DNA from: an uncultured Actinomycetes bacterium
Lineage (GTDB): Bacteria; Actinomycetota; Coriobacteriia; Anaerosomatales; Anaerosomataceae
NCBI GenBank assembly: GCA_963700295.1
Contig: CAVOWY010000005.1
Coordinates: 17,405 to 81,404 of the forward strand
Direction: 5' to 3'
Length of the DNA stretch: 64,000 nt
This document shows positions 49,948 to 59,552 of the stretch, piece by piece. Every line of letters begins with the position of its first letter. Positions within the stretch are counted from its first letter, which is position 1. The notes beneath the pieces are model-generated. The model saw only the letters and a list, made by a program, of their open reading frames with translations, had not been told where the DNA came from and searched no databases. A program made the position numbers and the translations under genes.

Positions 49948-50736
49948 CGGCGCCGCCCGTGTCCGCAGCGCGCGGCGGCGTGCTCGGGTGGTTGAGCAGA
50001 CAGCAGTGGCTCATCTCGATCGCAGCGATCTTGATAGTGTGGCAGTTCGCCGCGGCGCACTATGACGCGGAGATCGATCCTGCCCTACCCGGTGGCGACC
50101 CTGAAGGCGCTCGCCTTTGCCTTTGTGGACGCCGAAACGCTCATCAATCTCGCCATCACCGTGCGAAGGGTGCTGATCGGCTTCGTCTGGGCCCTCGGCA
50201 TCGGTATCCCACTTGGTATGGCGATGGGCTCCTCCAAGACGATCAGGCGGCTCGTGGGTCCCATCGCGGACTCCGTGCGACAGGTCCCGATCATGGCGTG
50301 GGTCCCGCTCACGATCGTGTGGTTCGGTCTTGGGGACGGGCCCACGGTATTCCTCATCGCCATGGTCGGCCTGTTCCCGGTCCTGCTCTCGACGATCGCA
50401 GGCGTGGACAGCATCTCGAAGGACTACTACAACGCCGCGCGCAGCATGGGGGCGAACCGCTCGAGCGTGATACGTAACGTGGTGATTCCTGCGGCGATGC
50501 CGGACGTTCTGACCGGCATGAGGCTCGCGCTCTCGGCCGGCTGGATGTCCGTCATTTGAGCAGAGTTCATAGCGACGAGTGCAGGTTTCGGGTACTCGAT
50601 GGTAAGGGCGCAGACGATGATGCAGACCGACCGGCTGGTCGCGCTGATGATCATGGCCGCCCTGATAGGATTCTCGATCGATCGGCTGCTGTTGATGGTC
50701 AACCGGCGGCTCGCGCCGTGGAGGTTCGCGGCGTGA
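49905..50736 (+). pseudogene. ABC permease (SsuC/TauC-like) with one frameshift near 50060 and an in-frame TGA at 50557-50559
   Basis: N-terminus in ORF 49905, the core in ORF 50062, and the protein continues in the same frame after the TGA (AEFIATSAGFGY...). Confidence 0.6.
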
Positions 50737-51521
50737 GGCGTCTGTGCATCGATAGCCTGTCCAAGGAGTTCACCGGTCGGGGTGGCACGCACCGCGTCCT
50801 CGACAACGTGTCACTGTGCGTCGAGCCCGGTGAGTTCGTGACCCTGCTCGGGCCGTCGGGATGCGGCAAGACGACGCTCCTCACGATCGTTGCGGGATTC
50901 CAGTCGGCCACCAGCGGGCGCGTGTCGCTCGACGGCATGGCGCTCGACGGGCCTGGTCCGGACCGCGGCTTCGTGTTCCAGGACTACGCGCTCTTTCCGT
51001 GGATGACGGTGCGCGACAACATCCTGTTCCCGATGCAGCAGGTGGGAATGGATCCGCCAGATCAGGAGCGCAGACTCACCGAGCTGCTCACGATGTCGCA
51101 CCTGGCCGGCAGGGAGCACCTCTACCCCCATCAACTGTCGGGCGGCATGAAGCAGCGGACGGCGTTCGTGCGGGCCCTCGCAACGCGGCCAGAGGTGCTC
51201 TTGATGGACGAACCTCTCGGCGCGCTCGACTACCAGATGCGCATCCGGCTGCAGGCCGAGCTCGAAGCCATCTTCTGCGCCGAGCGAACGACGATTCTCA
51301 TGGTCACGCACGACGTGGAAGAAGCCGTCTACCTGAGCGATCGCGTTGTGGTGATGGCACTCGGCGGCGGCCACGTCGTCGCCGACGTCCGTATCGACAT
51401 GGAGCGTCCGCGGCACCGGCGAAGCGAGGCCTACCACCGCTACAAGGACGACCTGATGGAAGCGCTTGAAGTGGCGATGGGACCAGCGGGCGACAACGGC
51501 ACCACCGGATTCATCGCGTGA
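50733..51521 (+). CDS. ABC transporter ATP-binding protein (SsuB/TauB-like)
   Basis: GPSGCGKTT (Walker A), LSGGMKQR, LLMDEP. GTG overlaps the permease stop. Confidence 0.8.
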   Translation: MRRLCIDSLSKEFTGRGGTHRVLDNVSLCVEPGEFVTLLGPSGCGKTTLLTIVAGFQSATSGRVSLDGMALDGPGPDRGFVFQDYALFPWMTVRDNILFPMQQVGMDPPDQERRLTELLTMSHLAGREHLYPHQLSGGMKQRTAFVRALATRPEVLLMDEPLGALDYQMRIRLQAELEAIFCAERTTILMVTHDVEEAVYLSDRVVVMALGGGHVVADVRIDMERPRHRRSEAYHRYKDDLMEALEVAMGPAGDNGTTGFIA

Positions 51522-51537
51522 GGAGAAGGGGAGGCAG

Positions 51538-52209
51538 ATGCATACGTTCAAGGACTACCCGACCGAACAGCTGCTGATCGACAGCCTGTGGTCCCGGATG
51601 ACGCCCACTGAGCGGGAGTTCCGGATCGAGGTGCTCAACGCGATCATCGGCGCCGGCGGACCTGTGGGGCCGGCAGACGTGGCATGGGTCGCCGAGGACC
51701 ATGGTGGCGCCTCGGCAGCGGACCTGTTCGATGCGATCGCCGCGAAGCATGTGATCGTAGTAAGCGACGGGCTCGTGCAGTTCGCCTACCCCCTCTCCGC
51801 CCTCGCCACCAATCACACCGTGCACCTCGCCGATGGCCGCTCGTTCAGTGCCATGTGCGCGATCGACGCGATGGGCTCGGCGCTCACGCTCGGACAGAAC
51901 ACGGTGGTGGAGGACAAGTGCAGCGTGTGCGGCACGCCGATCACCGTGCGGGTCGTGAACGGCGCGCTGGCGAGTGTGGATCCTCCCACCGCACACGCGA
52001 TCCACGCGGACCTGTCGGGGACGGGAGAGGACTGGGCCGCCAGCTGTTGAAACGTCATGAACTTCTTCTGTACGAAGAAGCATTTTGAGGAGTGGCGTGA
52101 CGCATCGGGAACCAGCATGGACGGGTTGTTCATCCTTGATGCGGAAGACGCATTCAAGGCCGCCGACATCGTGTTCGGCCGACATGAGGAGCGTGCGACG
52201 GGGAAGTGA
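51538..52209 (+). CDS. merB: Organomercurial lyase (MerB) homolog with an in-frame TGA at the position of catalytic Cys159/Cys160: selenoprotein candidate
   Basis: RBS GGGAGG. SAMCAIDAMG matches MerB AWCALDTLI (Cys96/Asp99). CSVCGTPITV matches CAATGAPVSL. ...AASC-[TGA 52048-50]-NVMNFFCTKKHFEEW continues in the same frame and matches MerB SFCCHVHFFASVPTAEDW. Hairpin CTTCTTC-TGTAC-GAAGAAG at 52062-52080, 11 nt after the TGA. Confidence 0.55.
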
Positions 52210-52239
52210 GCGTGCGCCGCAGGTAGGCAGCGGAGGGCT

Positions 52240-53418
52240 CTAGATCATCTGCTCCACGAACGCCTCGATGCGCGTGCGCAGCTGGCCGAGGTCCGACTCG
52301 GAGTAATCGGTCTCGAGCTTGAGGTACGGCAGCTTGAGGACGTCTCGCGTGTAGCGCCCCACCTCTACCGACTCAACGTTGAAGGTGTGGCAGCTCTGCC
52401 AGACGGTGTCGATGACGCCGTCCACGCGGTAGTCGACCACGCAGCGACCGAGGAGCTCGGTGCGCCCGTTGTTCGGGCTCATGCATGCGCACGGGATGCC
52501 GAGCGTGTGGCGTGCGAGCGCCTCGAACGGATCGCCGTCCTCGTCGATCACGCGGTCGTACATCTTGATGCCGCTGCACGCGTCGTGACACACGACGTGT
52601 GCCCCCGCCTCTTCGGCGAGGCGCATGACCTTGTTCGTCTCCGGTGCCATGGGCGTGCCGGTGACCAAGATGCGCGGCCGGGCCGGAGCGGTCCGGGACT
52701 CGGCACGCCGCGCCGCGGACTCCTCCTCGAGCACTGAGATCAGTTCGCGCAGCTTCTCGTGGTAGGGCTCTTCGTCCACGAGGAAGCCTCCGCCGTCTTG
52801 CACGGTGAGCATCTGGGTCCAGGTCATCGGGGGCTCGTCTTCGGCGAAGAACGAGGCCACCTTCCGAAGGAGCGCAGCGCACTCGTTGGACTCGCGGATC
52901 GCGGCGCGCAGCGATTCCGTGGTGATCGTGCCGCCGGTGGCCTCCTCGACGAACGCAGCAACCCCGCGGATCTCGCTGAGCCACCAGGAGAACGCCGGCT
53001 CAGCACCGTCGCCGCCCGCAAACGGGAGCTGCATCACGTGAACCGGTTTGAGCGCGCGAAGCAGCTCGAAGACCTTCTTCTTGCCATCGCACGTGGTCTC
53101 GCCGATGAGCGCGTCGGAGAAATGGAAGAACGGACAGGTGTCGGTGATCGCGAGACCATACGACGACTTGATGAGCGGGCAGAAGGCCCGGGGGAGATCT
53201 ACTTCCGCCGCGGAGATGGCGTTGTTGTCATTCCCGCACAGCGAGACGGGTATGGCGCCGGCAGCGCGAACGAGTTCGGCCGGCATGAAGCCGCAATAGA
53301 GGCCAACCACTTTCCGGCCGTCGTCCTTCGCGTGCTTGAAGTCGACTCGCGCCCAGTCCGCCATCTCGGCGAACTCCTCCACCAGCGCCGCGATACGCTC
53401 GTTGCCCCCATCCGGCAT
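52240..53418 (-). CDS. HGD-D-family 2-hydroxyacyl-CoA dehydratase / double-cubane-cluster-type protein (intact paralog)
   Basis: IGETTCDGKKK plus conserved Cys positions. 392 aa. Confidence 0.8.
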   Translation of the reverse strand: MPDGGNERIAALVEEFAEMADWARVDFKHAKDDGRKVVGLYCGFMPAELVRAAGAIPVSLCGNDNNAISAAEVDLPRAFCPLIKSSYGLAITDTCPFFHFSDALIGETTCDGKKKVFELLRALKPVHVMQLPFAGGDGAEPAFSWWLSEIRGVAAFVEEATGGTITTESLRAAIRESNECAALLRKVASFFAEDEPPMTWTQMLTVQDGGGFLVDEEPYHEKLRELISVLEEESAARRAESRTAPARPRILVTGTPMAPETNKVMRLAEEAGAHVVCHDACSGIKMYDRVIDEDGDPFEALARHTLGIPCACMSPNNGRTELLGRCVVDYRVDGVIDTVWQSCHTFNVESVEVGRYTRDVLKLPYLKLETDYSESDLGQLRTRIEAFVEQMI

Positions 53419-53525
53419 GAGCCGTCCCCCTGTCTCGACGTGTCATATTGTTTGCTGATTGTATCAATCAGCGATGTAGATATAAACTCGGGGTGCGCAC
53501 CAGCTTCGCCCCGGCAGGAGTGCTC

Positions 53526-54164
53526 ATGAGCGACATGATCCAGATGATGAAGTCCTTCCTCGCCGACTGGCGACGTTACGGCAAGGACGCCAGGAAGCAC
53601 GACGCGTGGATTCGCAAGCATGCCCGTAATCGCGGGTGGAGCGTGAACTCCCGCTGGATGATCTACACGAACCTCAAGCTGTGGATCGCCGACTCGGAGG
53701 CGATGTACGGGCGACGCTACTGTCCGTGCTACGAACCTTCGGGCGACCCTGACCTCGACCGCAGCCTCATCTGTCCCTGCCAGTTCGCGCAGGAGGAGAT
53801 CGACACGACGGGTTGGTGCCACTGCACGCTCTTCGGGCGGGGCGACCTCACCCCTGCGGACTTCAAGCGCGCCGAGGACCAGCTCATGAAGGAGTATCGC
53901 GGCACCCCCCTCAAGCTCGTCGAGGGCGTGCTCGATACGCGCGGCCAGCACATCGATGTCTTGCGCGGCATCCCCGTACCCGATGCGATCCACCAGGTGA
54001 AGCGGGCGATCGGAGCCGTCGGTCTGCCGCTCGAGGTGATCGTTGCCACCAAGCCCGAGGGGGAGCACCTGCTCCGACTTGCCGAGATGCGCGGGCTTTC
54101 CGCCAACCTGGAGGAGCACGACGACCACTTTCGGGTCATGCTCACGCCGGGTTCGGTCGGCTAG
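53526..54164 (+). CDS. Ferredoxin:thioredoxin reductase catalytic-subunit-like domain (CPC..CPC..CHC) fused to a ~110-aa C-terminal domain of unknown function
   Basis: YCPCYEPSGDPDLDRSLICPCQFAQEEIDTTGWCHCTLF matches the FTR beta-subunit 4Fe-4S/disulfide motif. RBS GGCAGGAG. Confidence 0.7.
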   Translation: MSDMIQMMKSFLADWRRYGKDARKHDAWIRKHARNRGWSVNSRWMIYTNLKLWIADSEAMYGRRYCPCYEPSGDPDLDRSLICPCQFAQEEIDTTGWCHCTLFGRGDLTPADFKRAEDQLMKEYRGTPLKLVEGVLDTRGQHIDVLRGIPVPDAIHQVKRAIGAVGLPLEVIVATKPEGEHLLRLAEMRGLSANLEEHDDHFRVMLTPGSVG

Positions 54165-54225
54165 GCGTGGTTGAGCGCAGATGAACCCTACTGCTACTCT
54201 CAGGTGTCCCCTGCCGGAGTCGTGC

Positions 54226-54939
54226 ATGACGCGGTTCACCGTAGACCTCCACAACCACACACCGCTGATCCCGAGCGACTACCGCGGCGACATCGCCACG
54301 ACACCGCGGCAGATCGTCGAGCGCGCCCTAGAGATGGGCATCGACGTCTGGGGCATCGCGGACCACTGGAGCCTGGAGTACGGCGCCCGTGTGGTGGCGG
54401 CGGCCGCCGAGGTGACGGCCGAGACCGGGCGTACGCTTCTCGTGCTGCCCGGTGCCGAGTTGCGCATCCGACACGAGGGCGAGGAGACGCACCTTGTCGC
54501 GCTCTTCCCGCCGGAGGATGCTGCCCGGCGCTTCGACGCGTTGCTCGCCGAGCTGGGTCTGCGGGCGCCGGTGGCGCCGCTCGATGAGCTCCCGCACTTC
54601 GCGCTTGAGTTCGATCCGCTTGAGGTCGCACGTCTGGTGACCGAGGTCGGCGGGCTGTGTCATGCGGGCCACGTGGACCGCACCTTCGGCGAGTATCGCT
54701 TCATCGACTCCGAGCTCGTGCATCATCTCGCCGAGTGCGAGCACGTCTCGGCGATCGAACTCGTCGATCACTCCGCACGGAGCCACTTCCGTGACGGGCT
54801 TGCGATCGCGCACATCGCCTCCTCGGACTCACACTCGCTCGAGGAGATGGGGCGTCGCACCGCAACGCTCGAGATGCCGGAGCTGTCCTTCGAGGGCCTG
54901 CGAGCCGCATTCCGCACCGCTCGGCTCAGCGCGACCTGA
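54226..54939 (+). CDS. PHP-domain metal-dependent phosphoesterase
   Basis: VDLHNHT, ADHW, SDSH motifs. Confidence 0.65.
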   Translation: MTRFTVDLHNHTPLIPSDYRGDIATTPRQIVERALEMGIDVWGIADHWSLEYGARVVAAAAEVTAETGRTLLVLPGAELRIRHEGEETHLVALFPPEDAARRFDALLAELGLRAPVAPLDELPHFALEFDPLEVARLVTEVGGLCHAGHVDRTFGEYRFIDSELVHHLAECEHVSAIELVDHSARSHFRDGLAIAHIASSDSHSLEEMGRRTATLEMPELSFEGLRAAFRTARLSAT

Positions 54940-55121
54940 CGCGCGGGCGATTAGCCCCCCCAACCGGGCGGAACACTCACTGTGTACGCACGCGACCGCC
55001 TCTGAGGCCGGCCGCGTGCTCGGTGTACCCTGACGGCGGCTGTCGGGGGCGCCGCAGGGCCCGGCGTTCTGGATCGGACAGTGAGGGGCACGGGCGGGCA
55101 GCCCGCGTGAAGGGAGCGACC

Positions 55122-57480
55122 ATGAGAGGGTCGAGGATTCTCAGCCTGCTGGTGTGTCTGACCGTGATCGCCGGAGTGGTAGTTGCGGCACCGGTGCCAG
55201 CAGCACGGGCGGGTACCTCGCCGTGGCGGTGGCAGAATCCCCTGCCGAACGGGGAGACTCTTAAGGCGGTGTGTCTGGCACCTGGAGCGGGCTCTTCGGC
55301 GGTCTGGACCGTGGGTGACTACGGCACGGTCCTCTATTCGGCAGACAACGGCGCTACCTGGAGCGCGAAGGCCTCGGGTACGACCGCGAGCCTCGCGGGC
55401 GTGGACATGATCAACGACAACACCGGCTGGGCGGTTGGAGCGTACGGGACTGTGGTCAAGATCTCGGGCGGCGCGTGCTCCGTGCAGGCCGAGCCCACGG
55501 GGCAGCACATCGCTGATGTGGACGTGATCGACGCAACCCACGCGTGGGCCGTTGGCTCGAACGGCGCGATCATTCGGACGGTCAACGGCACCGACTGGAC
55601 GACCGTGAGCTCGCCCACTATCCAGTACCTGACCGCAGTCCAATTCCTGAATGCGAACGAAGGATGGGTAGCCGGCTACAACAACGCGCTCTACTACACA
55701 GCCGACGCCGGTTCCACCTGGCGATTCAAAGGCACGGCTGATGGTGACTTCCAGATCGCCGACTTCTGGGTGGACGGAGACACCGTCTGGGCGGTCGGTC
55801 GTGATTCGACGTTCGCGAACCGCGTCTACACGGCGACCGACGGCAAGATTCACACGAACCTTCCCGGGGATGCCCCGTTCTACGCCGGCGTACCCATCGG
55901 CGGTCTCTCGACTGCCGTGACGTCTCTCTGCTACCTGGACAGCACGCACCTGTGGCTCACGTCAGCCGCCGGCCAGGTCATGTGCTTCAACGGGACGACC
56001 TGGACCGAGCAGACGACTCCCTACGGCTACCAATGGCTGTACGGCGTCGACTTCAGGAGTGCTTCCACGGGGGTCGTCGTGGGCAGCGGTGGTGCCATCG
56101 GCAGGACGAGCACGGGCGGTTCGTCGTGGGCGGCACGCACGAGCTACACCATCAACCCGGTCTACGGTCTGGACTTCGTGTCGCTCACGACCGGCTACAC
56201 CGTGAGCGGACAGGACGTCCTGAAGACGACCGATGGCGGCCAGTCCTGGGCGGCCATGGGCATGGGCGTGGGCCACGAACTGCTCAACGTGGACTTCCTC
56301 GACGCGACTCACGGCGCAGCTGTTGGGCAGAGCGGCACGGTCATGCTCAACACCGGCGGTGCGGCTTGGACGCCGGCGCCCTACTCGAACCCCGGCATCG
56401 AGCTCCGGGGTGCGAGCTACCAGAGTCCGACGCGGCTCTGGGCATGCGGCATCAACGGCACCATCTGCTGGTGGGATGGGGGGGCGTGGCACACGGTTGC
56501 TGACAGCAAGGCGGGCACGAACCTCCTGTTCGACATCGACTTCTTCGACGCGAACCACGGCATCGCGGTGGGCGTGAACGGCATCGTGGTGTACACGACC
56601 GACGGCGGCACCACATGGACCGCCGGTGATTCGGGCGAGGGCCCCGGAGATCGCATCGTGGGCGTGGACATGGTGAGCAGCACGGTCGGGTTCATCGTTG
56701 GCGACGACGACAACGGCACCAACTCCGGCATGCTGATGAAGAAGACGACCGACGGCGGCGCCACCTGGACGCCGATGACGCCCCCCACCTCGGAGAGCTA
56801 TAAGCCGCTTGAGGACGTCTCCTTTGCCGATGTGAACAACGGTTGGATCGTTGGCGGCGCGGGCAGTTGGTACCACACGACCAACGGCGGCGACACCTGG
56901 ACCAACGAGGTGGGGAACGGCGCGTGGCCGGTCTCTGTCTTCGCGTTCAGCCCCACGGCCGCCTGGGCCGGCACCAACTACGGCGGCATCCTCACGACCA
57001 CGCCCGCTCCGTCCACCGTCGTCCTTGTCCCCGTCTACCGCTTCTACAACTTCACCAACAGCACGCACTTCTTCACCCCATCGCTCGATGAGGCGAACTA
57101 GGTGATCGCCAACTACCCGAAGGTCTTCCGCTACGAGGGCATCTGCTACTACACCAACCCCGCCAACAACACGCAGCCGCTCTACCGCTTCTATAACCGC
57201 GTGAGCGCAAGCCACTTCTATACTGCGTCGCTCGACGAGGCGAACCACATCCTGGCCACCTGGCCGAATATCTTCACGCTCGACGGCCCGACCTACGCCG
57301 TGAACCCGGCGCCGGTCCCGAACAGCGTGCCGGTCTACCGGTTCTTCAACCTGCGCAACGGCAGCCACTTCTACACCGCGAGCGCCGAAGAGGCGGACAT
57401 GGTGATCGCCACCTGGCCCACATCTATCGCTACGAGGGGCCTGCGTTCTGGATCGGGCAGTGAGGGGACGGGCGCACAGC
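55122..57480 (+). pseudogene. Secreted BNR/Asp-box repeat beta-propeller protein with C-terminal YRFYN...SHFYT repeats, broken by an in-frame TAG (57099-57101) and a frameshift near 57430
   Basis: Signal peptide. Repeated S/T-x-D-G-G-x-T/S-W units. The repeat region continues after the TAG and its last repeat ends off-frame. Confidence 0.55.
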
Positions 57481-57500
57481 CTGCACGAGAGGAGCCGACG

Positions 57501-59507
57501 ATGAGAAGGCGCTGGACAGCTCGGATTGCGGCGGTCGTGATCGGGGCGCTGATGCTTGCGACGATGGCGCCGGTCGCGGTGCCGTCAGCGGCGGCGAGCG
57601 CTGCGCCCTATGCGGTGAAGGAGGGGCGCCTCTATCAGCCGGTTCAGTCGGAAGGCTCCGCCTTCGGCTGGGATGTGGATATCTCGGGCGACACCCTTGT
57701 AGTGGGCGCCCCCTGGTACAGCAGCGACCGGGGCGCCGCATACGTCTTTGTGCGTTCCGGTGCCTCCTGGGTGCATCAGGCCACGCTGCAGGCGCCTGCG
57801 CCAGCTGCCGGCGACGAGTTCGGCTACTCGGTGGCGATCGACGGCGACATCATCGTCGTCGGGGCGCCGTGGGATGTGGGTGCCCACGGCATGTCGGGCT
57901 CGGCTTATGCGTTCCGGCGCACTGGCGTGGTCTGGTCTGCGGGATCGCTGCTGCCCACCGAACTCGAGCAGGACGGTGACCAGCAGGGTCTGTCAGTGGA
58001 CTTTGACGGGCACTGGGCCGTTGTCGGCTGTCCTGGCCGAGGCGCAGAGCAGGGCGCGGTCCGCCCGATCGAGTGGACGGGCACCGGCTGGGACTCTCAC
58101 GGCGGAGTGACGCTCACCGGTGGCGCGCTGGCCGGCGATCGGCTCGGTGGTGCTGTGGCTGTTTCGGGCGACACCATCCTTGCTGTCTCGGCGCAGGACG
58201 ACTACGACGTACACACCGACGCCGGCAGCGTGATCGCGTACAGCTGGAGCGGCGCTGCATGGATGAATGACGAGAAGATATACTGCCCGACCCCGGTGGA
58301 CGACGGTGCCTTCGCCACCTCGATCGATCTGAACGATTCAGGCACGATCGCTGTTGTGGGCTGGGGCTGGTACGACGCGACGCCGCTTGACGGCACGTTC
58401 GCCGGACGGGCGTACATCTACACCCAGCCCATGGGCGACTGGGACCTGGCGCAAACGATCGCCAACCCGAACCCTGACTCGCCTGACGGCGAGCACTTCG
58501 GATGGGATGTGGCGCTCGACGACAGCACCGCGGTGATCGGCGGGTTCTGGGACGACGCACACCTGGGCGCGGCATACGCGTTCCTGGGCCGCAACGGCAC
58601 TTTCACCCAGCAGCAGAAGATCACCGTTACCGACGAGCCGCTCATGACGCTCTACTTCGGCCGGTCGGTAGCGCTCGACGGCGGGGTCGCCGTGATCGGT
58701 GCCGACGGTGCGTACTCGCCCACGGTCGATGACTGCGGGGCGGCGTTCGTCTACAACGCCAACGCCACGATCACCGGCATCTGCCGCGACGCCGGTACCG
58801 GCTTGCCGCTTGCGGGCGTGGAGATCCAGGCGCACTACCCCGGCGCTGGCGGCGATCCAGAACCTGCGAGCGACTACGTGCTGAGCGGTGCCGACGGGCG
58901 GTACACGCTCAAGGTGCCCTCCGCTCCGTACTACCTAAACTTCCTTCCCGGCCCCATGTACCAGGCAGGCTGGTACAACGACGTCGAGTCGTGGCTGGAC
59001 GCCACGCCGATCACCGTTGCGGCAGGCAACACGTACAACGTGGACTTCACGATCTACCCGAAGTTCTCCGTCTTCCGCTTCTTCAACGTCACGAACAACA
59101 CGCACTTCTTCACCAACTCGTTGCAGGAGAAGAACATGGTGCTCGCTACGTGGCCCGCGATCTTCCGCTACGAAGGGATCGCGTACACCACGAATCCCGC
59201 GCTCAACCGGCAGCCGCTCTATCGCTTCTACAACCGGGTGAGCAAGAGCCACTTCTACACGGCGTCACTCGATGAAGCGAATCACGTGATTGTCACCTGG
59301 TCGCACATCTTCACCTATGACGGGCCGACGTACTCGGTCTCTCCGATCGCGGGTGCGGGCATGTCGCCGGTCCACCGGTTCTACAACCTGCGCAACGGGA
59401 GCCACTTCTACACGGCCTCCACGCAGGAAGCCGACATGGTGATCGCCACCTGGCCGGATGTGTATCGCTACGAGGGGCCGGCGTTCTGGGTGGGCGGGTC
59501 GTTCTAG
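57501..59507 (+). CDS. Secreted FG-GAP-repeat beta-propeller protein with a CarboxypepD_reg-like domain and four C-terminal YRFYN..SHFYTAS..EA..WP repeats
   Basis: Signal peptide. FGxSVAxxGDTxVVGAP...GAAYVF repeats. RBS GAGAGGAG. Confidence 0.75.
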   Translation: MRRRWTARIAAVVIGALMLATMAPVAVPSAAASAAPYAVKEGRLYQPVQSEGSAFGWDVDISGDTLVVGAPWYSSDRGAAYVFVRSGASWVHQATLQAPAPAAGDEFGYSVAIDGDIIVVGAPWDVGAHGMSGSAYAFRRTGVVWSAGSLLPTELEQDGDQQGLSVDFDGHWAVVGCPGRGAEQGAVRPIEWTGTGWDSHGGVTLTGGALAGDRLGGAVAVSGDTILAVSAQDDYDVHTDAGSVIAYSWSGAAWMNDEKIYCPTPVDDGAFATSIDLNDSGTIAVVGWGWYDATPLDGTFAGRAYIYTQPMGDWDLAQTIANPNPDSPDGEHFGWDVALDDSTAVIGGFWDDAHLGAAYAFLGRNGTFTQQQKITVTDEPLMTLYFGRSVALDGGVAVIGADGAYSPTVDDCGAAFVYNANATITGICRDAGTGLPLAGVEIQAHYPGAGGDPEPASDYVLSGADGRYTLKVPSAPYYLNFLPGPMYQAGWYNDVESWLDATPITVAAGNTYNVDFTIYPKFSVFRFFNVTNNTHFFTNSLQEKNMVLATWPAIFRYEGIAYTTNPALNRQPLYRFYNRVSKSHFYTASLDEANHVIVTWSHIFTYDGPTYSVSPIAGAGMSPVHRFYNLRNGSHFYTASTQEADMVIATWPDVYRYEGPAFWVGGSF

Positions 59508-59552
59508 GCCGAGACGGGCGAGTTCGAGGGGAGCTGGGATGAGGTCCGAAGG

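Noticed and set aside
52062-52080. Hairpin CTTCTTC-TGTAC-GAAGAAG plus TTTT, first read as a rho-independent terminator after merB
   Set aside because: The MerB-homologous reading frame continues through and beyond the hairpin, so a SECIS-like role for the in-frame TGA 11 nt upstream fits better than termination.
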